DNA from: Podarcis liolepis
Taxonomy: Eukaryota
Assembly (NCBI GenBank): GCA_965112155.1
Contig: OZ218103.1
Strand: one strand, 5' to 3'
Length of the DNA: 64,000 nt
Below the pieces are notes generated by a model. That model was not told the origin of the DNA. It searched no databases and was given only the letters and a program-made list of their open reading frames with translations. Shown here in pieces: positions 20,362 to 32,345 of this stretch; position 1 is the first letter of the stretch, and each line of letters starts with the position of its first letter. A program made the position numbers and the translations under genes.

Positions 20362-21826
20362 TTCTAACAAAACCTACTTACACACAGTCCCATGTTCAGT
20401 ACTTCCTAACATTTCAAACAGCTAGAATGAATTAAAGGAGCAGGTTTATTATTATTTTTAAGCTGATATTTCATGCACAGTAACTTGAGATGATGATGAT
20501 GATTATAATATATTTATACTCTGCACTTTTCCCTCACAGGGATTGTGAAGGTCTAGGTGGGGAAACAAAAATATTTGGAGGGGATACCCAGTTCCACACC
20601 AAAAAGCCTTACCCTGTCCCCTAAAGTGAAAAAATAGGCTTATGAAACATTTTCTTTTGGAATGGTGGATAGAGTTTTACTCCCCAAAATGATTTCTAAA
20701 AACTTCATAATAGGAAGACTTTTATGTAAGACTTTGTACAGTACAAGATCCTTACAATATTATTCCTGTACACTTAGAATAAGCAGGTCACGAGTTGCAC
20801 ACTGAAAGCACAATTCTCAAATGCAAAAGCAAGTTGCATTGCTACCTCTGTGAGGCACTGCAATTGGCATGTGAAAGATTCAGTTACTTTGCTTGTGGGC
20901 TTCCTCTTGTTGGCACAGTTGTTGGGTTTGTTTCTGTGCTCTTGCTTGGGCCTCAAAGGACTGTGGGCGTGAGTGGAGAAAGTAGAGGTTTTAGAAGTCT
21001 CTGATAAATATGATGACAGATATTAAGAAGCAGAAACTGATGGCAATAGCTCTGAAAATGAGACTGATTAAACTCCATGTAGTATCCATTGAGTCTTGGT
21101 CACCCTCTTTCCCCCTCTCAGTTCTTTTTATGGAATTGAGTGCTTTATGTCTGCTTGACACTTTGGAGGTCTGGAGGAGACAATAATATTCTTTGTCTTG
21201 CTATAATGTTGATGATTTATTCTCTCTCTATAGTATTTTGCCTGCTCCTCATAAACTGGCAGAACCAAAGAGATGCTAGGTTCCTTACAGCCTTGACCAT
21301 TTGGCCCACTATTGGTCTCTTCTGCTGAACATGTTGGAGCCTGTCTTTGCATGCAGGGAAAGTCCTTAACTTAGTGAGGATTTGAGATCCATTGGCCACC
21401 CTTACCTGGTCTAGCCAGCCAGTTGAAGCCATTTCCTGGAGTGTGCCACTGTCACATTCTGACAACCTATAGGAGCCACAGGTGAGAGCTGAGTGCAGGG
21501 TGGGAACCAAACATGGACAAACTTTCCCAGAAAGAGCATTATGAGTCTGCTGCCAGAGGTACTCCTCCTCTCCTAACACCCCTCAATCTGCATAGGGCAT
21601 TTCAAAAGTATTGCAAATGTTTCAGGGTCCCCAGAAATGTCTATTTTGAGGTAGTGGTGGGAAAAAACCCTGGGTTTTTAAATCATGGCTTCAATATTTC
21701 CAGAAAATTTACTTCTCTAATTAGACTTCAGACTCCTTGAGAATCCTAAGGTTACTTCTCTAGTTAGACTTTAGTCTCATTGGGAATCCTAAGAGTGCCA
21801 TCCTAACCATTCCTATTCAGAAGTAA

Positions 21827-22187
21827 AGGTAAAGGTACCCCTGACCGTTAGGTCCAATTGCGAACGACTCTGGGGTTGCAGCCCTCATCTCACTCTATAG
21901 GCTGAGGGAGCCGGCGTTTGTCTGCAGACAGCTTCCAGGTCATGTGGCCAATATGACTAAGCCACTTCTGGCAAAACCAAGGCAGCGTAAGGAAAGTCAT
22001 TTACCTTCCTGTCGGAGCAGTACCTATTTATCTGCTTGCACTTTGATGTGCTTTCGAACTGCTAGGTGGGCAGGAGCTGGGACTGAACAATGGGAGCTCA
22101 CCCCATTGTGGAGATTTGAACTGCCGACCTTCCGATTGGCAAGCGCTAGGCTCAGTGGTTTTAGACCACAGCGCCACCCGCATCCCT
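21827..22187 (-). mobile_element. Sauria SINE (Squam1)
   Basis: Reverse-complement match to the copy at 28503. (ACCTTT)n tail. 14-bp TSD CTATTCAGAAGTAA at 21813 and 22188. Confidence 0.85.
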
Positions 22188-23340
22188 CTATTCAGAAGTA
22201 AGTCCTATTAAACACAGTGGGGTTTACTCCCAGATAAGTGGGGCTAGGAGTACAGCCCTGCTCTGCATTCTGTTCTTTCTGCCTGCTTTCTGCTATTACC
22301 CTACAAATTCGTTGTCATAGATGAGGGGGGATCCTGCTGATAAGGATAAGATCAGATACTCTTCACATGTGTGCAATTGTGCCTTAGATCCAGCTTGCCT
22401 TTTTTATCCCCTCCACACACAAAAAAGGGACTCCAGCATGGGACAGCAGATTTCAAAGTGAAAATGGAACAGCCCCTCTTAAATAAAGCTCCTGTTGAGA
22501 ATTGTTCCCTTCCAAATGCTGTGGAACTGGTGCCTTTTTCTGATAAGAGGTGTGATGATGGGTGATTGATCTGTGTTATCTGTCATGTCTGTGTGTGCAG
22601 GCTGTAGATCTTTGAGGAAGCAAAGGATAATTGAATACAGAAAAGAGGGCATGGGTGGGGTGCTGGTCTGGTGTGGTAAAGGTCTAGTTCCAGAGCTGGT
22701 ATCTGAGTTGTTGTTGGAGAGAGAAGACAGGCCCTGGTCCCTGGAAAGGGATGCAGTGCCTAACTTGGATCATTCACCTCTTGATTCCTGTGTTTGCCCT
22801 CCCCAAAGCTCAAGGGACACCTGCCCTTCTTTCATTTCTGATGTTAAGGGCAGGAGGATATCAGTGCTGGCAAGTGGGAAGCCCTCTCCTTCCTTCTTAA
22901 TAACCCCTTGTTGAGTGCCAGCCCTTCATCTCTTTTGTTTTTGTTTCTTTGGCTGGGCTGCTTCTTGCCATTTGCCAACATTTCTTTATAGGGGGAGATA
23001 GAATGTCAGGAGAGTTATTAGATTGAAAAAGCTCATCTACTTAGACTGGAATCAGTGCCATAGTGTAAGCATGCATAGTCATTCTGCAGGTTGTGGGTGA
23101 TGGTAGTGATAGGATGGCCACCCTTTCCCCATGAAACATGCCCAAAATTTGTGAGGAAGACAGAAGGGGTAGTACTTGCTTGCCTTTAACACACTGTGCT
23201 CTTATGAGAGTGATTGGTGGGTGCTGCTGGTAGGGAAGGTGTATTTGCTGACCCCTCCATCTTTCCCAAATAGGCTTGGTGCCTGGGCCAGAGCCCCCTA
23301 CACTGTGCCCCCCTGATGCTGGCTGGCCTGTGCCCAGAAG

Positions 23341-26300
23341 ATGAGCAGATTGCTGGTGGGAGTGACCCTGGAGAGGATCTGCAAAGCTGTGCTGCTCTTG
23401 TGTTTACTGCACTTCCTCATCATCATGATCCTCTACTTTGATGTCTACGCCCAGCGCCTGGACTTTTTCAGCCGCTTCAATATGCGCAACTCCTCCCGCA
23501 CTCTGCCCTACGTCAACGTCTCTCGGCCTAACGGGACCGCTGGGCCTCTGGGCCCTGAGCTCCTGGCCCCGAGTGTGAAGTCCGTCAGTATGAACAGCAC
23601 TGTCACCGAGAAGCCCTTACCACCTTGCCCAGAGATGCCTCCTGGCCTAGGTAAGATTACAGATGAGCTCTGTCTGCCTCATGCCGTGTCCTACAGAAGG
23701 CCCTTTAGTGGGGAAACTGTATTGCAGTTATTGGGTTTATTTGTGCCCTGCTTGCCACCTGCTGTTTCCCTGTCAATGCAAATATGTCAAGTGGCTTTGG
23801 CTCCTGATAATAGGAACTAGAAGATCTAGGAATCTGCAGAACAGGCATGGTATTGCAAATCATAGGCTCCAATAGCCTCCACCATTGGAGCCAATCCTGC
23901 AGTGGAAAAGCAGTTGGGAATATGTGGACAGTATTTGTTGAAAGCTGGCAAACTGAATAGTGTTCTTAGTATATTTACAGTGATCAGATAGCGGACTTAT
24001 TATTTCCTTTTTTGCCATGGCAACTCCTTGTCTCTTTCCCAGCCCCACTGTACCTAGCTGGTGCCTTTCTGCAAGTGGGCTACAAGTAATTGGGGAAAGG
24101 GCTCAGCTTCTGCACAGACATGGCTTAGTAGGGGCTACAAGGGTTAGCTCCTTCTTATGCTGATCTCTTCGAATGAATGCATGAAGTAGACCAGCTTTCA
24201 CTCACCTGATGCTCTCCAGATGTATTGGACTACAACATGGCTGCTGCTGCTGAAACTTGTAGCCCAAAAACATCAGGAGAGCACCTGGTTGGTGAAGACC
24301 AAAGTAGACCATCTCCTCACCCTAGGGGGTAAAACATTTAAGGCATAGAGAACTTAATACCCTTATTCCTGACAGGTGGATAAAGAGTTGAAGCACAAGC
24401 TTTGGTATTGATATTTAACTGGGGCTAAAACTTTTATTAAACAATGCAATCTGCAACGAGCAACAACCTTTCCTGTTAACTCTGAATCACTTAGCTGGGT
24501 ATTCGAGTTAACTCTGCTTTGACTGTTTGCTGTCTCTATGCTTGATACATGTTTCGGTTTTTAGGTTTCTTTGCTGATTTTTTTCTGGGCAGTGCCCCGC
24601 CAACTTGGCTAGTGAAAGGGACATGAGCTGTTTGTGTAAGTCAAGAGGCCGTGGCTGATGCATAGATAATGGAGTCCTTTCTCCTGCAGTGGGCCGGCTC
24701 CTTATCGAGTTCAGCACTCCCATGAGCATGGAGCGGGTGCAACGGGAAAACCCAGATGTGCGGGAGGGCGGCAAGTATTCTCCCCCAGACTGTGTGCCTC
24801 GCCAGAAGGTGGCCATCCTCATTCCGTTCCGGCACCGGGAGCACCACCTCAAGTACTGGCTGCACTACCTGCACCCGATTCTACGGCGCCAGAAGGTGTC
24901 TTACGGCATCTATATAATTAACCAGGTGCGTAGAAAATGACAATGTGGGGACAGTGGTGCAGTTGGGTCATTGAGCATTCTGGACTGAATGGTCTCATGG
25001 ATATCTCCTTCAGATGGTAATGTGCATTACTTCAAAATATGGTGTTCCAGCCCTGCTGTCCTCCAAAGCAGAAGGAGTAGGGCCTGGATATCTGACCCAA
25101 AGTTCTGTCCTAATGGCACCACTGATGTGGAAGAGAGCAAGATGGCTGGTTTTAGAACATAGTGCCACCCGGTTCCCTTGAGAGGAACCTGATTAGGGAA
25201 AGCGGTATGTTAGTTTTCATGAATATATGCCTCTCTGTTCTGATTGGAAGCAAAGGCTTCCTGCTTTATGGGGGAAGCAAAGTGTGGGCCTTACAATGCA
25301 CCATGAACTTTGCACCTATGGTAAGTGTGGAATGTGATGTAGATGCTTCTCACTTGCTTCTCGTTTAAAAAAATCAGGCCTGCTCTCTGACATGACGATA
25401 AACCTGAAATACAGTTGATGGGACTTTGCAAGATCTATAAAGGGAGATAGAACAGTTCTAGGAAAAAAATAGAATGTTATTCACAATGAAATATAACAAG
25501 AGCCAGTGTGGTGTAGTGGTTAAGAGCGGTAGACTCGTAATCTGGGGAACCGGGTTCGCGTCTCCGCTCCTCCACATGCAGCTGCTGGGTGACCTTGGGC
25601 CAGTCACACTTCTCTGAAGTCTCTCAGCCCCACTCACCTCACAGAGTGTTTGTTGTGGGGGAGGAAGTGAAAGGAGATTGTTAGCCGCTTTGAGACTCCT
25701 TCGGGTAGTGATAAAGCGGGATATCAAATCCAAACTCCTCCTCCTCAAGAGAGAGGGCGGCCAGCTGCATCAGGTAAGAAAGAGTAAGAGGGTCATGGCA
25801 GTTGATGTGACCCCGCCCTTCATTATCTTTCCATACAGTTTGGTGAAGACACCTTTAACCGAGCTAAGCTGTTGAATGTGGGCTTCCTAGAAGCCCTTCG
25901 AGATGATGAGAGCTATGACTGCTTCATCTTCAGCGACGTTGACCTGGTGCCCATGGATGACCGGAATCTCTATCGCTGTTATGACCAACCCCGGCACTTT
26001 GCTGTTGCCATGGATAAGTTTGGCTTCCGGTGAGTTTGTGCACTTTGATCTTTTTTGAGATGCCAGTGGCCCCTTGAAATTGTTCAGAGTGTCAGAGGCA
26101 AAATGGAATGGGGAATATATGACTTTATTGCACACATATGTGCTCTCATTCTGTGTTGGCTTGGACCTTGTGGGGACCTGCAAGCTCTGAAATGTGTTTC
26201 TTATCTAGATTGCAGTACAGGAACCTCCCCCATTCTTAAGACTACCATGTCACATTTCTTCATAATTTGCAGGGTTTTTGTACTTAAAAGTGGGGATATA

Positions 26301-29300
26301 CAACAGCTTTGGATGAATCCCCAGCCAAAGCAGGGTGCTTTGCAGGGATTCTGGGATGGTCCGAGACAAAGTGGAACCTCTTCAGGGATCCAGAGACAAA
26401 GTGGGGATTTCCCAAAGTGCCTCATGGCACCGTGACAACTCTGACAATTGTCTGCTGAAAGCAAAACTAATGTAGCTAACTTTAGTGTATAAGGAAAGCA
26501 GAAGGGGTGTGGAATGGCTGAAGTAGAAAAGTAGAACAAATGCCAGGGTAATGGGAGGGGGGGGGATTCTGCTGTGACTGACAGGTCAAGCTTGTAACCA
26601 GAGGGAATGAGTTCACCTGGAGTCTTCAACCCCAGTGCTTTGTGGGGAGGAAATGAAATCCCTTTTAGTTCTGTTCCCTGAACCCCAAGATCAACTTTAA
26701 AAGTCCCTAGTTCACAAAAATTGAACCAATTTGTCTGCCATTGGCAAGTTTCATACCTAGGGAAACTTCTTTCATGTTTGCTTTCCGAACAATTGCCCTC
26801 AAAAGACATGGGAAGTTTAAGTGGACACTTTTTACCCATCCCCAAACTGTGAAGGCTGTCCTTGTGGGAAAACCAATGAAGCTATCGTTCAGAAATTTGA
26901 CAGGATTCATCTTTCTTGGAGACTCTGATGCCTGCAAATTTCATCCAATAGTGGGGGAGGGGGAAAGGTTTCCTTAGAAAAATAACCATCAAATTTCAAA
27001 GGTACCTGACAGAAAAAATCCCCACCCTGGAATTATTTGGCTGGCTGAATCTGCTGTGGAGCGGCTAATGTGCCTGCAAATTTTATCCACTGTAAAAAGG
27101 GGGAAAGGTATAGCTTAAAAAACAACAACAATCCAATAGTGAACGAGGGGAAATGAAATCTTGTTTTTCCCCAACTCAGAAGCACTTGGGACTTAGGCAT
27201 GTTGTTTTCTGAAGTACTGACTCAAGGGCCAAACTGAATCTTGTTTGGTGCACACCCCTAATTTAAACTTTGCTGCCTCTTATATGACCAGATGAAATGC
27301 TCCAGGGAAGTCCTTGTGATACTACATTATGGAATGGGCGCTTGCAAAACCTATATGAAGGTGATGTAAACAAGCAGACAGGATCCCCACGTGAATGTTC
27401 TGTGTTGTCTATATTCTTACCTGCCAAACATGGCAAAAGGAGATGGAGGAGGTACAGTGTGTATAAAATGGAATCCTGCATTCCCGCTAAGGAGAAGGGA
27501 AATGGGAAGGATTTAGGAGAGACCTGATGCAGTGGGAGCAATGGGTTGCCATCACATGGCTGATTTGGAAACTGGGATTTAGACTGTGTCAGGTGTAGCT
27601 TGGACCACCCAGGTTCTGTGCTCCTGAACCCATTCGTGGCTTGACTGATTCCCATCTCTCCTGCTTGTCCTCTGCAGGCTGCCATACTCTGGCTACTTCG
27701 GAGGTGTCTCTGGCCTGAGCAAGACACAGTTTCTGAAGATCAATGGCTTCCCTAACGAGTACTGGGGCTGGGGTGGGGAAGATGACGACATCTTTAACCG
27801 GTGCGTGAGAGGCTGGGCCAAGCCTAGCCAGAACTTGTTCTCTGCAAGTTGGTTGTAGTAGCCATGTAGTCTGTTTTTCCATGTGGTGTCTCCTGGGAAT
27901 GTGCTGAGTGGCAGGGAACAGCATTCTCTTCTGGGGTGGGGTAGCTGTGCAAATGGCAGGTGGCAATATGCAACACCTGCCTTTTCTATAACAATGCTCC
28001 CAAATCTGAGAGAGGAGGACATAGGCAGGTAGGTATTCCACAGCACATAACAATCAGGGCCAAATAGCAGGCCTGGGGAGCCAATACTCTGAAAGCCAGA
28101 AGGGGTTGGGGGTGCTGAGGACTGGAGGGTGAGGACTAACTCCTGCTTTATTTAGAGTTTGCCCCCGACCTGTCTGCTGATCTTTGAGCTGCACTTTTTC
28201 TTTGCACAGGATCTCGCTTAATGGCATGAAAGTGTCACGTCCTGATGCCCGCATTGGGCGCTACCGCATGATCAAGCACGAGCGTGACCGACACAATGAG
28301 CCCAATCCCCAGCGGTGAGAAAGACAATGTGCTTGCTAGCTCCCTACCTAGTCCATTGCAAGCTACATAAGGAGATGGAAAGCTCCCACAAAATTTCTGC
28401 ACCATTTTCCAGGGCACATAATAGCTTTCCATCCTGATTTCCAATGGAAAATAATCTTCCAGAAGCCTCTTCCCTTTTATAGCATACTGCTCTACACCTC
28501 GAGGGACGCGGGTGGCTCTGTGGGTTAAACTACAAAGCCTAGGACTTGCCGATCAGAAGGTTGGCGGTTCAAATCCCCGCGACGGGGTGAGCTCCCGTTG
28601 CTCGGTCCCTGCTCCTGCCAACCTAGCAGTTCGAAAGCACGTCAAAGTGCAAGTAGATGAATAGGTACCGCTCCGGCGGGAAGGTAAACGGCGTTTCCAT
28701 GCACTGCTCTGGTTCGCCAGAAGCGGCTTAGTCATGCTGGCCACATGACCCGGAAGCTGTACACTGGCTCCCTCGGCCAATAAAGCGAGATGAGCGCCGC
28801 AACCCCAGCGTCGGCCACGACTGGACCTAATGGTCAGGGGTCCCTTTACCTTACCTTTACTCTACACCTCATGAGGAGAGAGGGGCCACATTTGTTTGCC
28901 TCCCTGTAGAATGACCATGAGACAAACCAAGATAGCCTACAAGTCCTTAGCCTTCCCCCAGAGAGTGTTTTCTATTACTGCGTGTGCGTTCCTCTCTTTC
29001 TGACCTACTCCCCGTTTTAATTCCACTCTCTGCCTCTTACTTCTAAGAGACACAGACATGAATCAGAGTCCCAACCATGGACCAGGTGTGTTTGGTTAAA
29101 TCTATGTTCTGCTAGTTTTAGGCAAGGAAAGAGAAAGAGACTCCTGTCCTGTGCCCTACCATTTATTGTCTGGAACCAGAGAAAAGCCACAGCTGGCATG
29201 GTTTCAGGGCAATACACTAAACCGTATTTCATGAGACCCTGACATTCCACTTGAGAGGGTTGTGTGGTGGTAGTAATCACCTATCATGAGAACTAAATGC

Positions 29301-30016
29301 AGTCACCATCCATAGCCCTCCAGGATCCTATGACGCCATCACACTTTGCAACCTTGCTATATCATTTGACAGGGACTGTTGTTTTACAGCTGAGCTCTGG
29401 GTGGAGAAGCTCACTCTGTTACTTGGGACTTTCAACCTGGAAGGGCTGTGCATGGTGACTGTCCGTTCATGTGTTCAGAAGACACAATTTCATTTCGGAA
29501 GTCCCACAGTGCTTTGTATGCTGGAAATCTGACATAACAAATTGCTTTATTGTGCGTGGATAATGTCACGTAAGGCTCTACCCAAAATCCTTCCAAGTGG
29601 CCTGAGCTGTCATTAGACTCTCTATTCCAGGCTTCCTCAAACTCAGCCCTACAGATGTTTTTGGCCTACAACTCCCATGATCCCTAGCTAGCAGGACCAG
29701 TGGTCAGGGATGATGGGAATTGCAGTCTCGAAACATCTGGAGGGCCAAGGTTGAGGAAGCCTGCTCTATTCCATTCATCAAGGAATGGCTTGTAGGTTTA
29801 ACTTGAATTAACCTAACTGCCTACTTTCATGTGTAAGATGAGTTTTTCTCTGGTTCTCCTGGCAGGTTCACCAAAATCCAGAATACCAAGGTGACCATGA
29901 AACGCGATGGCATTGGCTCGCTTCAGTACCGCCTGGTGGAGGTGGTTCGTCGTCCCATGTACACCAATGTAACCGTGGAGATTGGCCGCCCACCACCACG
30001 CCCCCCTCGGGGCTGA
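23341..30016 (+). CDS. B4GALT2: Beta-1,4-galactosyltransferase 2 (371 aa)
   Basis: Exons 23341-23650, 24690-24925, 25839-26029, 27678-27800, 28210-28314, 29866-30016 (1116 nt, open frame). N-terminus MSRLLVGVTLERICKAVLLLCLLHFLI (type II TM). GT7 motifs VAILIPFRHREHHL, FIFSDVDLVPMDDRN and YWGWGGEDDDIFNR. C-terminus GRPPPRPPRG*. Confidence 0.97.
25500..25746 (+). mobile_element. tRNA-derived SINE (Squam3-like)
   Basis: A/B-box head agccagtgtggtgtagtggttaagagc...gggttcgcgtctcc, MIR-like core gggtgaccttgggccagtcac and a (CTC)n tail. Confidence 0.75.
28503..28860 (+). mobile_element. Sauria SINE (Squam1), full length
   Basis: gggacgcgggtggc...ggttcaaatcccc...gctcctgccaacctagcagttcgaaagc...cctttacctt tail. 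TSD TCTACACCTC at 28491 and 28861. Confidence 0.9.
29628..29763. mobile_element. Short hAT-type MITE
   Basis: TIR CAGGCTTCCTCAA...TTGAGGAAGCCTG and 8-bp TSD CTCTATTC. Confidence 0.8.
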
Positions 30017-31405
30017 CTCTTTGCTGCCTGGCTCTGCCCATGGCCCCATGCATGAGGAGCTGTGCGGATCCCAGCCCTGACTGGTTCAGAGGACTGTGTC
30101 CTGGCTTGGAGGAGCTGTCTGCCTCCTTTGTGGGGATGCGGGAAAGGCCAAGACTACACCTTCGCCTTGCCCCAGCCTTTGGCTGAAGCCCATCTCCTGA
30201 TCACTAGTCAGTTCTCCACAGTGCCCTTCACAGGTTGGGGAGGAAGTGTGAGTGTGTCATGGTGCCTGGCGCAGCGCTTAGGGGTCCTGGGCACAGCCAA
30301 GCCCCACTCCTGGCTGGAAGGCACTGAGAGCAGAGAAACCTTGTGCAGGTTCTTGAACCTCCCTATCCTCTCCCAGAACTTTTCACAGAGCGGCATCCCT
30401 TAAGGATCCCAGAAGTACAGTACAGGTAGTTGTTTTCCTTTCCTCTCAGTGTGCAAGAGTGCCGTTTGAGCCTGCCTTCCAGGGGGTGGCCTGGCCTTAC
30501 GACAAATGCCAGCTCGCAAGGTGTCCAGGTGGTTCACTCGTGCCCAGCTGAGGAGAAGCTCTTCCAAAGGAGAAGCTCTCATGGGCCTGGCCACTTGGCC
30601 ACTGCCCACCTCCATTCATGGCTTGGTGCTGCCCCCCTGCTGGTCCCTGGGTGTCACTTCTGGCTCCAGTAACACAGGGGCGTTTTATACAAAACCCTCA
30701 TTAGAATACTTGAGTGCTTCCTGGGTTAGTGTGACAGGTAGCCTGTCTGTCAAGGGACGACAGGTCATTCTTCCTAGCAGTGTTTGCTCGTCTGTCTGTG
30801 AATGGGGAATATTGGTTGGGCAGTGTGTGCTTCACTTCTCAGCAAGGATGGAATCAAAATGGCATGGTTCGGCCTACTCTCTGGTGTGGGCTGGCTTCTC
30901 TTTTTTACAGGCACCGATAGGCCAATGGCCATGGCTACAGAACAGAGGAAGGTGAAGTTGGCTTCTTGCTGCCTGTCCCCTACCTCTCACCTCCAACCCA
31001 CTTACCCCATACCAACCCTCACTCACTCACCAATCAACCTTCCCGCCATCTGCCAGGTAACCTGCCGTTGACCACTCATCGTGCCCTCTTTGTCAAGCTA
31101 CCATCTGCCACCACCTGAGGCCAGGCCCCTGGGTCCGACCGTCTGCTCATGACACATGGTGGCCGTGTGCCTAATTCCTGGAGCTAGGAAGCTGCTGGTG
31201 TCCCTCATCTCTGGTTATGGTGCCTGGCAGGTAGAATCTCCTGCGCTGGTCCACTTTGGGATGGCAGCTGGGCCAGGCTTGAAGCCAGGCACCAGTGTGT
31301 TGCGCAGCCCAGGTGTTGGTGACTTTTGTACATTTGAATGTTTTGATCCCTTTTCAAGCCTATGGTGAATGCAGCACTGGTCACTACGATCAGACTTTTG
31401 TATTC

Positions 31406-31411
31406 AATAAA
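31406..31411 (+). terminator. Poly(A) signal of B4GALT2
   Basis: AATAAA about 1.4 kb after the stop, with upstream TGTA elements. Confidence 0.65.
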
Positions 31412-31686
31412 GTTTCAAAACTTGGGAGACTCCTTGCCTATGGGATTCAGGTGGGGTCTGTGGATAGGGGCAACGCTGCAGGTTTATGCAATCTGCAGCC
31501 TCCCCTCCTTGTGCTCATCTCGGCAAGGTACAAAATGAAGAATTAAATTCGTTTCCAAATGAATGGCACCTCATTGTGCTTCCCCAACAAGTTTGTTTAA
31601 AGCAGGGACTGGGTTTTCTGGCCCAGGAAACTCTGGACATAGTTACTCAGCCCAGAAGACAAGAGAGAACTATTCTACAAGGTTCT

Positions 31687-31692
31687 TTTATT
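31687..31692 (-). terminator. Poly(A) signal of the VWC2-like gene
   Basis: Plus-strand TTTATT (AATAAA on minus) about 470 nt past the stop at 32161. Confidence 0.6.
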
Positions 31693-32160
31693 GATGCTCA
31701 CACACAGAGAAAAACTGTTAAATAGTAGCAAAAGATGCTATGTTTAGTTGAAGCTGGAGTGGGAATGTGATGGTGGTTGAGGGGTGATTCCCTAAATCAT
31801 ATGGGGAACCTCTGGCTCTCGAGATGTGGCTAAATTATTCCTAACCATTAGCCATGCTGGCTACAGCTGATGGGAGCTGGGAGTCCAACTATATCTGAAT
31901 GGCCACAGGTTGCCCACCCATCCTAAATAAAACGGGCTTTCTCATATGAGCTACTCCCCTGCGTAATAACTAGAGACATTGTCAAGGGAAAGGGTGTAGA
32001 TCTGGAAAGGGGGCTGCGACTGGCAATTGCTTATGTGTATGGTTGAAGGAGTTGGGCCAGGGCTGGGTGTAAGGGCACACTAGGGCTTGTCTGGATAAGC
32101 AGAAGCCTTGCAGGTGCTGAAGAATGGCTGGCCCAGGAATTGTTTGGTGTTTGGAGCAGC

Positions 32161-32345
32161 TCAGGTGTGATGTGCACCTGTAGCCCGGCATCCCCTTAGC
32201 CGCTCACATTTAGCTAAGCGGTTTCCTTCCCAGTAACCGGCATCCTGGCCATCATGACAGCGGCAACGGGTGCAGGGCCCCACCCATATGCTCTCCCCAG
32301 CAGGAATTACGCGTCGCTGGCTCCCATCCACGTAGCAGTTGGGCC
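32161..32345 (-). CDS. VWC2-like gene coding exon 3
   Basis: cag|(G)PNCYVDGSQRRVIPAGESIWVGPCTRCRCHDGQDAGYWEGNRLAKCERLRGCRATGAHHT*. Confidence 0.9.
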
